This document shows, in pieces, positions 46,486 through 60,714 of a DNA stretch of 64,000 bases. Numbering within the stretch: the first letter of the stretch is position 1; every line of letters starts with the position of its first letter. Below the pieces are notes generated by a model that worked only from the letters and a program-made list of their open reading frames with translations, did no database searches and was not told where the DNA came from. The position numbers and the translations under genes were made by a program. This stretch comes from the human T2T-CHM13v2.0 reference genome, Homo sapiens: NCBI RefSeq assembly GCF_009914755.1, contig NC_060925.1. One strand, given 5' to 3'.

Positions 46486-48804
46486 CCCCCTTTCCCCACA
46501 GAGGAGAGCACAGGGGAGTCTGGTGCTTCCTCAGGGCCCGTGTGCACAGGGCCCCACATCACCCAGCTCCTGACATGGCCAGCAGCATCCGGCCAGTGTG
46601 CAGGCGATGGCTGTGTGGCGAGGCTGGGATCTCCGAGCCTGTAAGTGTCCACAGGCTGTCTTTGTTCTGCCTGCATCTCACTCCATGACAGCAGTGGCCC
46701 CTCAGGGGCAGGGATAGTAAAGGAACCAATGACAGACATGGCATCTGCTCTTCTTCTGGGGGTGGAGGCAGAGAGGTGAGTCCACAAGGAGACCTCAGCC
46801 ACCCTGTAGCACACGCCACCCCTTCCAAGCTCACTTCAGACCTTGGTGGGTGTGGTCTGCCCAGCATTCCCCCATTCCCCCAACCCCCTTCTTCCCTAAC
46901 AGCCCCCAGGGAGCAGCCTCCCCCAGGCTCTCTAACCACTCCAACCAACCCTCCTGCTCCGGGGCTGGAAAGCCAGAGCCACAGGTTCAGGGCTGGACAT
47001 ATAACTTAGCCAGAGAGAGGCACAGAGTAAAGCCTGGGCCCTTCACTCCAGAAAAACATAACTAGGAGTTTGAAGCTAGCACTGTCCTTGCACTGAGGGG
47101 AGAGCCTGTCTGAGAGCAGAGCTGACACCGAAAAGGCAGAGTAAAACCATGGAGGGGCATGGGCTCCTGGCAACAGAATCTGAGCAACTGGATCCAGCCA
47201 TGCCTGAAGACGGAGTTTCCCCAGAAGGTATGAGAAACCATCACAGCTGCCTTCTGGCTTATGCTGGTTTGAGCTGGGTGTCTGTCCCTTGCAAACAAAA
47301 GGCGCCCAATAGCATTGGTCCAGTGAAAGTCCAACAAATCCAGTGTGCAAACAGAGGACCAGTTCATGTGAGCTCCCAGCAAGCAGAATTAAGGTGGACA
47401 TTTTAAATGATGAATCATTTAGGGGACCACTGTGGGGGGTCAGCAATGTGAACAGAAGCCTGACAGCTACCCTCGAAAATCCCAAATTTCATAGCCCACT
47501 GCACAAGGCTGACCCCTCCCCTGTCCCGAACTCCCCACAGACACGGGCCAGGACTCGCTGCACGGGGAGCTGCCCACGCGGCACCCTGACCCTGGCACTT
47601 GCTCTTGTTCCAGAGGCAGAGGGAGAGCACTGAGAGAGGACGCCACCCACCCCGGAGCCCAGAGAATCGGGGCACCTCCATGCAGGGCCCAGCCACATGG
47701 AGCCTCCCGCAGGCTGATGGCCCAACAGAGGGAGGACAGGGTCCCCCCAGGAAGGAAGGCTGGCTTGGCTGGAGAAGAGAATGCTAATTAAAGATCCCCC
47801 ATTCTCAGCTCCCTGCAGAGACAGGACCCTATAGGCAGAGGGAAAAGGCCTGCTGAGGCAAGGCCGGGTCACTTCTGTCCACATCCCATCGGCCACACCC
47901 GCAAGCCGCAGGTGGACACCCCTCCCATAGCGACACTGCCAGTCAGATGGCGTTGGGCAGGAGGGGCAGCAGATGATCAGGGACAGTCCTGCAGCGCACC
48001 ACAGGGGACCTGCTGCACCCAGCTCTTACCTGGTCAGCTCAATGCACCTTCATGGAGGAGACCAAGGCACAGAGAGGCTTCAGAAGCAGGAAACAGCCCA
48101 GCCCTGCGCCCTGAGCAGGGCGAGTGGTTAGAGAGGGTGGGATGGAGCCAGGAGAGGATGGGCCTGCAGGCCCCAGAGAGGATCCTTGCCTGCGTCCTAC
48201 CCTCTGAAAGGTTTACGCAAAAGAGGCGACAGGATCAGGTCTGTGTTTCCTGACAGTCGCAGCAGCTGCCATGAGCACTGGATGAGAGGGCGGCGTGAGG
48301 GCAAGTGAAGCCCGGGGTGGCCCAGGAGGGTAGTGTGGACAGCACTGACCCTGGTACCAGGGCCCCACATGCCTTGGAGACCACACTCCTTCCCTCAAGC
48401 CCCTACTAGCTGTCTCAGAACCTGGGTCCGTGTTGAGTCACACACACAGGGGCTGTTGCTTCTTTCCCTTAAATGTGGGTACAGCCCCCACCTAGAGGTT
48501 CTGCCTCCAGGAGAAACTCACACTGGCGCGTGGCTATTTCAAGGTTGAATTCTTGTGATAAAGTTTACCTTGAGAACCTGGAGTCCCTACTCAATTCAGG
48601 ACGGCTGACCAGCCAGGATGACGCGGCTTCTTCGTGGCCAAGGACGGCCACCCAAGGGGCTTCTCTACACGCACCAAGGGCCACCCTGTCGATGGGGTCA
48701 CTCCTTAGACTTACACCAGACCTTCTCTCCCCAGCACTAGGGACCTTCATTTGCTAATTATGTGACTATTTAGGACCTCCAGGGAGCTGCAGGTCCCACG
48801 ACTC

Positions 48805-49215
48805 CTATGTTCGCTTCCTGAGGCTGCCGTAAACAACTGCTGCAAAGTTGGTGACTCACAGCAGCAGGAAGTTATTCTCCCACAGCCCTGGGAGCCAGAA
48901 GGCTGAGATCAAGGTGAGGGCAGGGCAGGTTCCCTCTGGAGGGTCGGAGGGAGAATCTGTCCCAGGTGTCTCCAGCTTCGGTGGCTCTGGTAATCCCTGG
49001 TTTGTGGCTCTCTCTAGCCTCTGCCTCTGTCGCCACGGAACCATCTCTACGTGTCCCTTTCTGTCCCATACGGACACTCTCCCTGGGCTTAGGGTCACCC
49101 CAATCAACATGACTTCATCTCAAGCCCTCGTTTCATCTGCAAAGACCCTCTTCCCAAACAGCCGGATTCTGAGGTTCTGAGTGTATGTGAGTTTTGCAGG
49201 GACAGTATTCAACCC
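48805..49215 (-). mobile_element. MLT1-type MaLR LTR
   Basis: ttattctcccacagccctgggagccagaaggctgagatcaaggtg...catctgcaaagaccctcttcccaaa...ttctgaggttctg...attcaaccc resembles MLT1 in reverse orientation. Confidence 0.7.
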
Positions 49216-52200
49216 CTGAAGTTGGGGTGACTGTTCCTCAGTCATCCATTCTCCCACCAGCAAGGGGTTTCCCAGGACCCCCTCGGAGAGGTGAGGGGTA
49301 GTGTTGAAACCCAGGGGCCTGGCCCGAGGTGGATCTGCCCAACCTGCAGAGAAGCTCCCGGGCGCTGCACAGCCTCCTGTGGACCCGCTCAGGCGTGGTT
49401 TTGGCTTGGGGTCAGGAGAGCCAGTGGGGCCCACGTGGCATCACCAGCGGAGTGCGGCAGGTGGAGCGCCAGCGTCCTCCAGGCAGGAAGGGTCTACATT
49501 CTTCATTTCCCGTCTGTAGGGTGGCATCCTGCACAGGGCCAGAGAGACCCACTGTGCTTGGGCCGTGCGAGACAGCGACCCACCTGAATACCTCCCGTGG
49601 GCACGCCACCAGCTGCTCCTGAGCCCTCTGTCTCTTTCTCTGTCAAGGCCTCAGCGCACCTCCCGGTAAGTGCTACCCGAGGTTGCTGGGGTGAGAGCGG
49701 CAGCGCCTCCGTCCACAGGAGAAAAAGCGGTCATCAGGGAAGCAATAATGGCTGTTTCCCCACCCTCTTAGAACCTGAGGCAACAATTTTAAAAAGTGTC
49801 TTATTTCTAAATACAGACAAACATAGCATTAAATCATTATCAAACATGAGAAATACAAAGCAGCTCATCTGGCTTGCATTTGACTCCATTTAGTGAAAAG
49901 TAGCTTTCAACAGGGGCAGGAGGAGGGAGGAGCAGGCGGGAGAAATGAAATCACAGCTGAGAAATGCCCGTGATGGGAATGATAACGGCCCCTTTGAAAG
50001 GCATGCGGCTTTGCACGGAGAGAGCAGCAGCTCAGCGTGGTGCCCTCATCGGGGGAGTCCCAGGTACCCCGTCCCCATAGGCAAGCGCTGCAGGGCCCAG
50101 CTTCCACGTGGGCATCCCGGCTCTGCCCAGCTGGACCTGCGACTGGCAAGAGGGGAGTGGGGAGTGAGTGAACACGCCAGCCCACGCCTCAGGTTTCGGC
50201 ACAGGACATTGTGGGCTCATAAAGGAAGAGACAAGGCTGGTGTTTTGCAACCCAGAGCACACAGCAGGCTTGACCTGGGGTTTGTGCCCAGCAGAAGAGA
50301 CCCCTCCCCGAGATGCCTCTTCTCGTGGAAGGCCAGGGTACACCCAGGAACACACCCAGCTGGAGGCCAGCAGCAGAAGGCATGGGGTCCTGACCGGCTG
50401 GCCGAAGCCCTCAGGCCACCCCACCCTGGGCGGAAGGAGCCCTTTGGGGTGGGCAGCTGTGGAGGGGTCCCAAGCCTCAACCCAGCCCCACAGAGCCAGC
50501 AAGAGGCACACGCGCCACAAGCACTGAGAGTGGGGTCTGCGGGATGGGGGTGAGGCAGCCACGGCATCGCCGCCCCCCACGAGGACTGGGCTCCATGCTG
50601 ACGGAGGGCCGGGATCAGGGCCGGAGAACTCACGGGACATGGCACCTGTCCACTCCAGCCCACCAGCTCCTCCCCTGGCCCACTCGACCCCCTGCCCTGG
50701 CACAGCCCTGCAGGCCCCTCGCCAGCCTCCCCTGCCCCGCTGCCCCTTTGCAGGGCCCCTGCCACTCCATTCTCTCTCAGCTGCCTCCTACGCAGAGAGG
50801 CCCGATCTCCAAACTAAAGTCCCTCTTCACACCATCCCCCTGCTCCCCTCAGACCCTCAGCGCCGCCCGACAGACCGTGACGGGTCCCCATGTGATCATC
50901 TGGGCCCCCAAGAAAGCCAGGTACTGGGCGGGCAGCATCCATCTCCCCCGGCCAGGGGGACCTCTGTCTACACTCGGGTTGAATGAGGGCGTGAGGAGCA
51001 CGTGGCAAATAGAGCTTCGCTGGCTGATGGCGTCTCTCTTGCCAAAGGCCAGGCCGCTTTCTCCTCGTGGGCTTGAGGGATGCCCCTGTGTCCTCCAGCC
51101 CACAGGCTAGCCTGGTCCCGTCCAGGAGGGCACACGCTGCCTGCTCCTCGAGCCTGGGCGGCACCTCCTGCATCTGATGCTGTGGTTCCCTCCTGTGCCG
51201 TGGGGGTGACAACGCAGACGTGAGAGCCCGGTAGGCTGGGGTGGTGGCCACGTTACCAAAGCACCTCGAACAGGCGGGAGCCCTGGAGGCTTGGCCAGCT
51301 CTCTGCTGTCGCCTTGTGGGGCATCGGAGCAGCTGAAGGGCCTGAGTCCTTGCTTTACAGACCAGACACGGGCAGGGAGCGCCGCGGGCCCCTCTGCTGT
51401 GCAAGGACCGAATGGACTCGGGGGATCCACCTCTCCAGGAAAAGCAGCTGCTTCCTGGTCTTCCAGGGGGAAAACCCACGTGACGAAGAGCAGGCCCCTC
51501 AGAGCAGGCAGCATCTCTCTGCAGGGGCCGGGGAGGCAGCCAGCTCTTGGGCGCATCTGGAAATGGAGGGGGCGGAGATGAAAGTGTCCCACACCCCTCC
51601 CCAAGGCATCTGATGAGGCCTCCAGAGCCCCCGCACCATTAGGAGGCACCCAGGGCTGCGTGAGTGCCTTCTCAGAGCTCTGCCCGTCCAGCAGGATGTT
51701 CCTGTCTAGGGTTCGCCAGCACCTCAGGTGCGGGAGCTGGGGCAAAGTCCAGGAGGCATCCTCAGCTTGGCCACAGTGGAGGAGATGAAGGCAGCCTGGG
51801 AAAGCAGAGGCGACAGTGCCCTCCCTGACAGACTGAAAATCCCAAACTCCTCCTGCAGCTTCGCAGCAGAGACGCAGGAGCTGAGGGATGTGGCCCGCGC
51901 CGAAAATGGCAGACAACAAGGTGTTGCTACCTTTAGGGAGGGGCCTCCTTTATCCCACGCATGCCCACATCTGTGGGGTGTGGAGACCTTTTAGGAACAC
52001 AGAAGGACCCGTTTCCTTATCCACGATCTCGAGAAGTCACCATGGACACCTACGGCATCGACTGTCCCCACGGAGGTCTCCCTTCACTCCCACCCTACTG
52101 TCTGCCCACAGATGTGGCCGTGGGACCAATGGCTCTAAGCATATCCCTGCCTGAGGCACGTGGGGTCCCGCAATCAGAGCGCTGGGGCGGCTTCTGTAGC

Positions 52201-54901
52201 ATGACGGGGTGCCCGGCCCAGGCCCTCGCACTGACCTGCAGCCCAATAGCCCAGAGGCCTGGGAAAGGGACCCAGCCCCAGACCCTCCTGCCTCGCCCAC
52301 CTAATTCTCCAGCACCGGAGTCCTCCCTGGCTCATCTCAGGCTTGGGCCTCATGTCTGAGCAGTTGAGACCCTGCCTCCCCTGCAGTACAATGCATCTGA
52401 CCGAGACTTTCTGCAAGGGAAGGATAAAATGGTCCCGGTCACCCTCCCCAGCAAGACTGTAGGAACAAATGGGACATAATAGCTTCATAATCACATCCAT
52501 CAACATTACTTTAAAGGCACCTATTAGGAGAAAGTCTGAGCCTCCTGCCCGCACGACTCAGCACCCATCACAGTGGCTCATTCCCCAGACCCTTAATGAG
52601 AGTGCAGCGGCGCTGCGGAAGCAGCAGGCTAACGGGGCAGGCCTTGCCCTCGCGTGGTACGACGGGGAACAGCAGGAGCAGGGCGAGAGCCAGACGGAGT
52701 GGACAGGGATGGGTGGGCTGCCCAGGTGGTGCCTGCAGTGACAAGACCCAGTAAATCACAGCTGCACCTTCTCCACACAGAGCTGCCAGGGAAGTGACCA
52801 GGCACCTGGGTTACTCGGAGGCTCTGGCCAGGTGACGCTGTGACCAGAGGCCTGGACATCCGACTCGAAGAGACGGCTCCGTATCATGACTGCACACGTT
52901 TGAGCCAGCATAGGGTGTGGACAAGCTGGGATCCCTGGCTGTTCAGCGTTTGCCCTGAGGCAGGCGTGCAAATTCAGAGGCCGCCTTCAAGAAAAAGCAA
53001 CATGGAGAATCCCAACCCAGATGACAACAGGGACAAGCCAGAGAGATATCATTACTCCGCACAGGTACATGTTGAAAAGACACAGAAACACCTTAAGTGA
53101 CTCCTTCCCCCCTGGAGTCCAGCCTCCACCTCACTCCTTCAGTCTTTCCAAGCCAGCTCTGGCGTGGACAGAGGCCAACCTAGGCAACCATAGGAAACGA
53201 ACACAAGGATGCAAGCAGAGAAACGGGTCCAGCTTCCGGACAGTAACTTTTCAGAAGGAGCTATGTGCCTCACCCCAGCTTCCAGCTGACTGGAATGGAG
53301 CGGTGATGGCAGCGGCTGCAGCAGCCATCTCAGGATACAAGGTGGAAGCAACGTGGTAAGAACAGCACAATGGTAAGACAGAAAAAGACGGGAGCACAGT
53401 GATGGTGGAGCTCCACGCCAGCCCTACACCAGCTACCTGGATTTTTAAATGTGAGAGAAATTAATGGCCATCTTGTTTAAGACAGTGTTATTTTGGATTT
53501 TCAATCACTCACAGCTGAACAAAATATAGCCTCTTCTGTCCATTCTCCCATCATCTCCCTCCCAACTACTGCAGCAGCCTCTCATTTGCCTACATCTGGG
53601 CCCACTCCAATTAATTCTCCACATTACTGCCCCCATCTTACCCAAATACACCCATCCTTGCATAAAACCTTTCAAAGGCTTCCTGACGCTTTTTGATACA
53701 GATAAAAGTCCTCCTCATGGCCTGAAAGGACCTTGTTTTGCATCAGGGATGGCTACTCAGCCTGGTGGCCTTCCTTAGGACTCTGGGCACACCATGCCGC
53801 TGGCCCCGGGCCTCAGCTCCCATGGCCCTCTGCCCAGGTCTCCCCTCCCCTATTCACCCACTCAGATCGACTCGTGGGAAGCCCCCGCCAACCTCCATCC
53901 TCCTGTGGGAGGCTGCACCTCTTCCTTCCCACTCCGGGCTGGCAACAGCTGAGTGTCCCAGGTACCATGGGCCTTCCCTATGTTCCTGAGCCTCTGAGAG
54001 GGTGGAGACCACAGCAGGCATGTGGTACCAGATGAAGGAGTGAGGGAGTAAACCAACGACCGCCATGGCCTCCAATGGATGTCTCCAGCAGCCCCTAGAA
54101 GGCAGACACTCTAAAGCAGGGAGAGTGCAGCTTTACAAACGCTGAAGGGACACGTCCACAGGAGGTTTTCTAGCCCATGGATGGATCTCCTTTGCTGCTG
54201 TGGTTTCCGCTTCTGCATGGACATCCTGCAAGCACAGGCCAGGCACTTTCTTGCAGTCTGTAGGCCCACCCAGCCTGCAGGGCCCACGAGGACTCTCCAT
54301 CCCACAGGGCAGGGCTGGATGGAACCCACATGTGGCTTCCTGGACTCCCCGGAGCCTCTTCCATGAGGACTGAAGGACTGGACATCTTACAATTGTTCCC
54401 TTGCCTAGGACTCAGCCTTGGGGCCTGTGAGAAAATCCAGCTCCCTCAAAAGAAAACTGTGTCAGCCAGTCCTGTCCAGCTGGAGAGTCCGTGGGAAGGG
54501 AGGGCAGACTGTCTCGTGAGAAGCAGCACCAGGATACAAACACACTGCCCGAGGAGGCATCTCCACTCTCTCTCTGCCCCTGGCACAGACGCAGGAAAAA
54601 GCCACAGCTCTGACCTTCAGGGTCCAACTACAGTGCCAGTGAAATTTCTCTCTGAAGGATGGGGACTGCGTCAGGATCAGAGCATGCAGACGCAGCAGAG
54701 ACCACCCACCGAGACTGATCTCTGCAAACGAGGACCGCACCTCACTGCAAGGACCAATGGGGCCACGTGCTCTCTGCAACCACCGCTGGGTGCAGCCCAC
54801 CCTCCGCTCAGGGGCACAGGACCCTCCGCCCCTCGCACTTCTACCCGACTGCTGCCGTCTCAGAGCCGGGGTCTCAGCCCCCACCCAGGGCAGGCTTGAG
54901 C

Positions 54902-54971
54902 GGCCTCTCCATGAGGACACATGGCATGGGCTGCCTGACCGGCCCCCACCATGTCTCCTCAAGGAGAAACC
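54902..54971 (-). ncRNA. MIR4689: MIR4689 precursor hairpin (mature arm about 54941-54962)
   Basis: The minus strand reads GGUUUCUCCUUGAGGAGACAUGGUGGGGGCCGGUCAGGCAGCCCAUGCCAUGUGUCCUCAUGGAGAGGCC. It folds into a long stem-loop and matches my recall of mir-4689 beside the NPHP4 3' end. Confidence 0.85.
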
Positions 54972-55039
54972 GGGCTTGTGCTGTAGACAGGAAGCCTCTG
55001 ACACTGCGCCAGCAGACACTCAAGAAAACTGCCAAGGGA

Positions 55040-55494
55040 AGACGTGTAAAAGTTTAGTATTTTGTTCAACAATTTAAAAAACAGATATAATACCAGCATA
55101 AAATATTGCATAGCAAATAATAGATTATGTTTGTACAAAATCCAGTAAGAAAAACATAATTTTCTCATTTAGGATGATTCATAAAATACATTTTGAGCAA
55201 CAGCGATAACGAGGGTCCCACATGCGTAGATGGCAGCACCAGAGCCAGACCCACCACCACGGAGTTCGCGCTCACGGAACCCAGGCCTGCTGGGTGTCAG
55301 CAGCAGCTAAGCTGGATGCAGGTACTACAAAATGACCAGCGCTCGGTCTCTGCTTCCTCAGCCAAGTGCACAGGTCAGCCAGGTGGGCACTGAAGTGAAA
55401 GGCTGCAGAGAGGCGGGGAGGACAGCCTGCAGGGCAGGAGGGGCACAGACAGGCCCCAGCTGGGTGCCGCAGGAAGGACGTCACCCTCAAGCCC
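55040..55494 (-). other. NPHP4: NPHP4 3' UTR (3' end approximate)
   Basis: Follows the TGA at 55495-55497. The U-rich distal part ends near a variant poly(A) signal. Confidence 0.75.
55053..55058 (-). terminator. Candidate variant polyadenylation signal ACTAAA
   Basis: Plus-strand tttagt reads ACUAAA on the transcript. There is no AATAAA or ATTAAA in the UTR, and UGUA motifs lie upstream (~55134, ~55187). Confidence 0.55.
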
Positions 55495-55716
<222 letters not shown>

Positions 55717-56092
55717 TTATTTCCAAGGGGAGCTGACAAGGCAGGGGAGCCCTGCGGGTGCATCCAAGGCCTGCCTTTGACTTCAGCGCCCGGTACAAGG
55801 ATGGGAACCAGTGCTCAGCCAGTGTGACGCGTTACTTGGACTCGAAGGCACACTTATTTCCGAGACTGAGCTGTCTAACATTACCATGAAAAGCCCTGGG
55901 CACAACACCCTTTCCCACACTCAGGAGAAACTTTGCTAAATCTCCAGCTACTAAAGAGACAACGGGCCCACCCAACTATGGGATGGTACCTGTCACCGCC
56001 CTGGGGCTTTTGGAAGACTGCTGGTGATTTGAGGAACTCGCTCCTAAATGCAGGCTAACTGCCCTCCATTCAGGTCCCCGGGTCTTCCCCTA

Positions 56093-56299
<207 letters not shown>

Positions 56300-56567
56300 T
56301 CACGGGAACAGCCACTGGCCCTTCCTCCAAGTATTCCCTGAGTCTCCTGTGCACCGTGCACGGGGACCCCCACAGAGATAAGACAGACGCTCTCTGGAGC
56401 TTCCATCCGGGAGAGACACAGCACAGGAGCAAACACTCATGCACCCGGCCCTGCTGGGTCAGAACACTGTATCCAGTGGTCCGAGTCACAGGGCCGAGGT
56501 GGGGGTCCTGCAGTGCCCTGGTATTGAGCCCCCATCCCCTCAGCCTGTGCCTGCCACACATACAGAC

Positions 56568-56747
56568 CTTGGAGATGAGCGGCTGGCGGCAGCAGAGGCA
56601 CACGAGCCAGGAGGCCACCAGCTGGTGGCAATCCACGTCCACCAGGTTGAGATGGACAAAGCGGCTGCCGGCCCTAAGGGGCCTCACGCCAACATGCAGG
56701 TCCTGCACCCCACGAGGCGGCAGCACGAAGACACCTTTGGGGTCTGT
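56568..56747 (-). CDS. NPHP4: Nephrocystin-4 exon (TDPKGVFV...QPLISK)
   Basis: ttgaag|ACA ... AAG|gtctgt; 180 nt, phase 0/0. Confidence 0.95.
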
Positions 56748-57307
56748 CTTCAAGAGCGAGAGAGGCGGGTCAGAGCACAGCCTCTCAGGATGTGCAAGCA
56801 AGGGGCTCCTGGGCGCCTGCAGCCCAATCAGCCAGGGGAGCCCAAGGTCATGGGTGGTTCCGGGGCGGCCAAATCTGAGGCCACAACCAACCCTGACATG
56901 ACTGTGGCCGCGACTTGGGTCCACACCAGGCAAGTCCCTCCTCTCACACGGCGACTATTCCCTAAGCGCTGCCTCCGCAGACAGAACTGAAGCCATCTTG
57001 GGCTTAAAACCCCGGCCAGCTGGTGGCACCAGGGGCCGCCCTCCCACCCCATCTAACTGTGGCTTCACTAACACCAGAGCTCCTGTCACTGTTCACCTTG
57101 CCAGGAATTCTGAACACCGGCCTTTGGGGTTGGTGTGTACGTCACTCACCCCACAATGGCACATCTAACGAAAGGCAACTGCCGAGAGGCCTCTGGTAAC
57201 AGCGTCTGCGCGCTGGAGGCGCTGGAAAAGCTGCTGTCAGGGCCACCCACTGTGCTCCAGCTGAATGCCCACTGCCCGTCTCCAGGCTGGGGTTGGGGAG
57301 AGGCTCA

Positions 57308-57544
<237 letters not shown>

Positions 57545-57607
57545 TCAGCACCGGCCCACGAGAGGCCAACAAGGGCTGCCAGGAGCGTGGGCAGACAGGA
57601 GGCTGTG

Positions 57608-57704
57608 CAGGGAAAGCCCCAGAGGACCAGGCCACAGGAGGCAGAGCTGGGGCCACGCAGGGAAAGCCCCGGAGGACCAGGCCCCAGGAGGCAGAGCTAG
57701 GGCC
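57608..57704. repeat. Intronic 50-bp tandem duplication (2 copies)
   Basis: cagggaaagcccc(a/g)gaggaccaggcc(a/c)caggaggcagagct occurs at 57608 and 57658. Confidence 0.85.
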
Positions 57705-58601
57705 TGGTGGCTCCACCCCTGGCTGCCCATCTCCCACCCACAGCAGAGGCTCTCAGGGCGCAGCAGGGCTGCTTAGGAACCACATGTCAAACAAATGACA
57801 AGGCACGCTTTGGCCAAACACACATCCTGGACAAGTGTCCACCCCCAATAGGGGTTCTGAGGCTAAGCCAAGGGCAGCGCCACGCAGGAGACAGGGTGGG
57901 GCTGGAGGTCATGCCGGCCTGAGCACGGAAGCCCCTGTTAGCATTTTAGGGCCAAGAGCCTGCTGCTTCACAGTCAAATGGGGCTGGGTGAGGCATCTTC
58001 ATGGGCTCACGAGGAAGCCACTCTGAGACGTGGTCACGTGGCCCCTCTGTGGTGGGCACTGAGTGCAGGTTAGCCCCTGCCCCATCCTCAGAAGCACTGC
58101 AGGAAATCTCCGAGCTCACACCAGTTTGAAAGGATTCTCACAGGGCTTGGGGATCCGACTTAGGAGGGGAGGGGAAAGGGGCCGGGTCATTTAGCCTGGA
58201 GGAGAGAGGGATGGGCATTTCCACCACAGTCCTGCCTCTCCGCAGGAGGGACCACAGCTTCATTCATGCTGTTCAGCCTAGGGACTCAGCAAGAAAAAGG
58301 TAATGAGGGGCTTCTGGGTGGCCCTTGCCACTATCTGGGGACAGAGGCTGACTGGTGTCTCTCCTTGGTGGCAGGAGCTGCATCCCAAGTCCCTCAGGCT
58401 GCACGTGCCCCTCCAAGGTGCCTTCCCTAGACCCCTGCGGGCCCTGAACTCGCAGCAGAATCCCGCCTCACAAAGCGAAGGCCCGAAAGCTCCCCCAATT
58501 TTAGGAAGGGGCCAAGCCCACTTTCAATCCACCAGCAGCCCCAGGCCTGCCTCCTCCTCTCCTCCGCCACCGCCTCCAGGTCCCCAAAGCCTGTGCACTT
58601 A

Positions 58602-58832
<231 letters not shown>

Positions 58833-59217
58833 TCACTATTCTGTTCACTGCCAAAGAGAAGATCATTAGCTTCCTGATTTTACATGGATCTCAACAATTA
58901 GATTCTACAGGAGATTTTATCCGGTTTCCTAACTGGTCATAACACAATTATTGCCTTATCCTTTACATAATGGTAATTAATAAGTGCCTTAATTACCATC
59001 CACTTTATTAACTTTGCTTCGTGCCTTTTTAAAATTTAAATTCAGATGATCAAGGAGCTGATCTGCTAGTAGAAAAAATAAAAACACACTCATAAAGCTC
59101 TCATAAGGATGTCAAAATAGCCCTTTAGTACCTTGGGAAAGAAACCACTTAGCAGAAAACCTAAAATGAAGAGGATCCCAGGATACCCGTGGGGAAGCCG
59201 ACAGGGGCGCAGACTCA

Positions 59218-59421
<204 letters not shown>

Positions 59422-59969
59422 CTATAGGACAGGACAGGCTCGTCACAGGTGCTCAGCAAGACACCTGCTGGGGAAACGGACGCCGCCACCTTTCCCAGGA
59501 CAGCATCCAAGCACTGTGTTCCCTGCATGGACACCGCCCATCCAGCCCACTGCGGCTCGGCTGCAGCCATCTCCACAGGGAATAATCGAGGGGGCCACAA
59601 AAAAGAAAACACAGCTCCCTGGAGCAGGGAAGCCTGCACTCTGCTGTAAGGGGCACCTACCAGAAACACGCGGGCCGTCAGGTGAGGAGGTAGGTGTTCC
59701 TCCAGGCACACCTGGACCTGGGCCGCGGGAGCTGGGATTTTTTAGAAGGGCAGACTCAGCCGGCAAATGCGCACCTAGTCATCTCAGAGGTGGCAAGAGG
59801 GACACCGTTTCAAACCATAAAGGCAGGAGAGAGAATTCCCCAGGCCCCACGTGCTGCTCTGACAGCACCAGGGCATGAAGCCATGAGGCCATCTGTCACC
59901 CTCAAGAGGTATCTACTTCCAACAGGTGAGCCTGCAACATGTGGGCTGCAGGGTCAGTGCAGGACCTGC

Positions 59970-60126
59970 CTGGAAATGTGTGCCAGGGCGGCAGGCGGAT
60001 GGCCTTCTTCAGGAAGGAGAGCTCCGGGTGATAGAAGCGGAAGACCTGGTCCACCACGTGGGGCTGCAGCTCCACAGTCAGGCAGAGCACGGCGATGGGC
60101 TTGCCACCACTCGCTCGGAACAAGAC
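59970..60126 (-). CDS. NPHP4: Nephrocystin-4 exon ([10 protein letters not shown]...PPWHTFP); upstream exons lie beyond the window
   Basis: tcacag|GTC ... CCA G|gcaggt (GC donor); 157 nt, phase 0/1, in frame with the next exon. Confidence 0.95.
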
Positions 60127-60714
60127 CTGTGAGGAGGCCACGCTGAGTGTTGGGATGGGCACGAGGCTTGTGAGCAGCTTCTTGTCCCTCCTTAGACAGC
60201 ACACGTATCTCCACTGTTGCCAAGACCCCCTCACCCTCCACTGCCATGAGCGGGGAAGGTCGGGCATCGTCAAAGGCAGGGACTGAGTCTGCAGCAGCAG
60301 GTCTCCACCAGGAGGGGACCGCTAAGCAAGGTCTGGGCCGGCACCCACACAGGGCACCCAAGCAGCCACACTGCCATTATTCCTCGCGAGTACAGCACAC
60401 TTCTTAAATGCCAGTGGAGAAGGTCTGCAGTCCCAAGTCAAAACTACTCCTGCCATGATCCCACCTCCCGACACCCTGTGTGCATGTGCGCAAGTCAGGC
60501 CAGGAGGTCCTGGAGTGGGTGGTGGCAGGGCCAAGTTCGCGGTCAAGCACGTCAGCACAAGCTCTTTGATTCCAGATGGCAAAAAGAGGCTGTGCCTAAA
60601 CCAAAGGGGTTAGAAATAGAAACTTTCCTGGTTTCAAAAGAGCTACTCATTAAAAACCATATTGTCTGAAGAGGTATTAATTGGGACAACTGATAAAAAG
60701 GCTATATTTGTTTC

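Noticed and set aside
49945-52359. Cluster of 180-270 aa ORFs (for example 51107-51919 minus) downstream of NPHP4
   Set aside because: High GC content makes long overlapping ORFs on both strands expected. There is no recognisable domain or splice pattern. Ribo-seq or PhyloCSF support would be needed.
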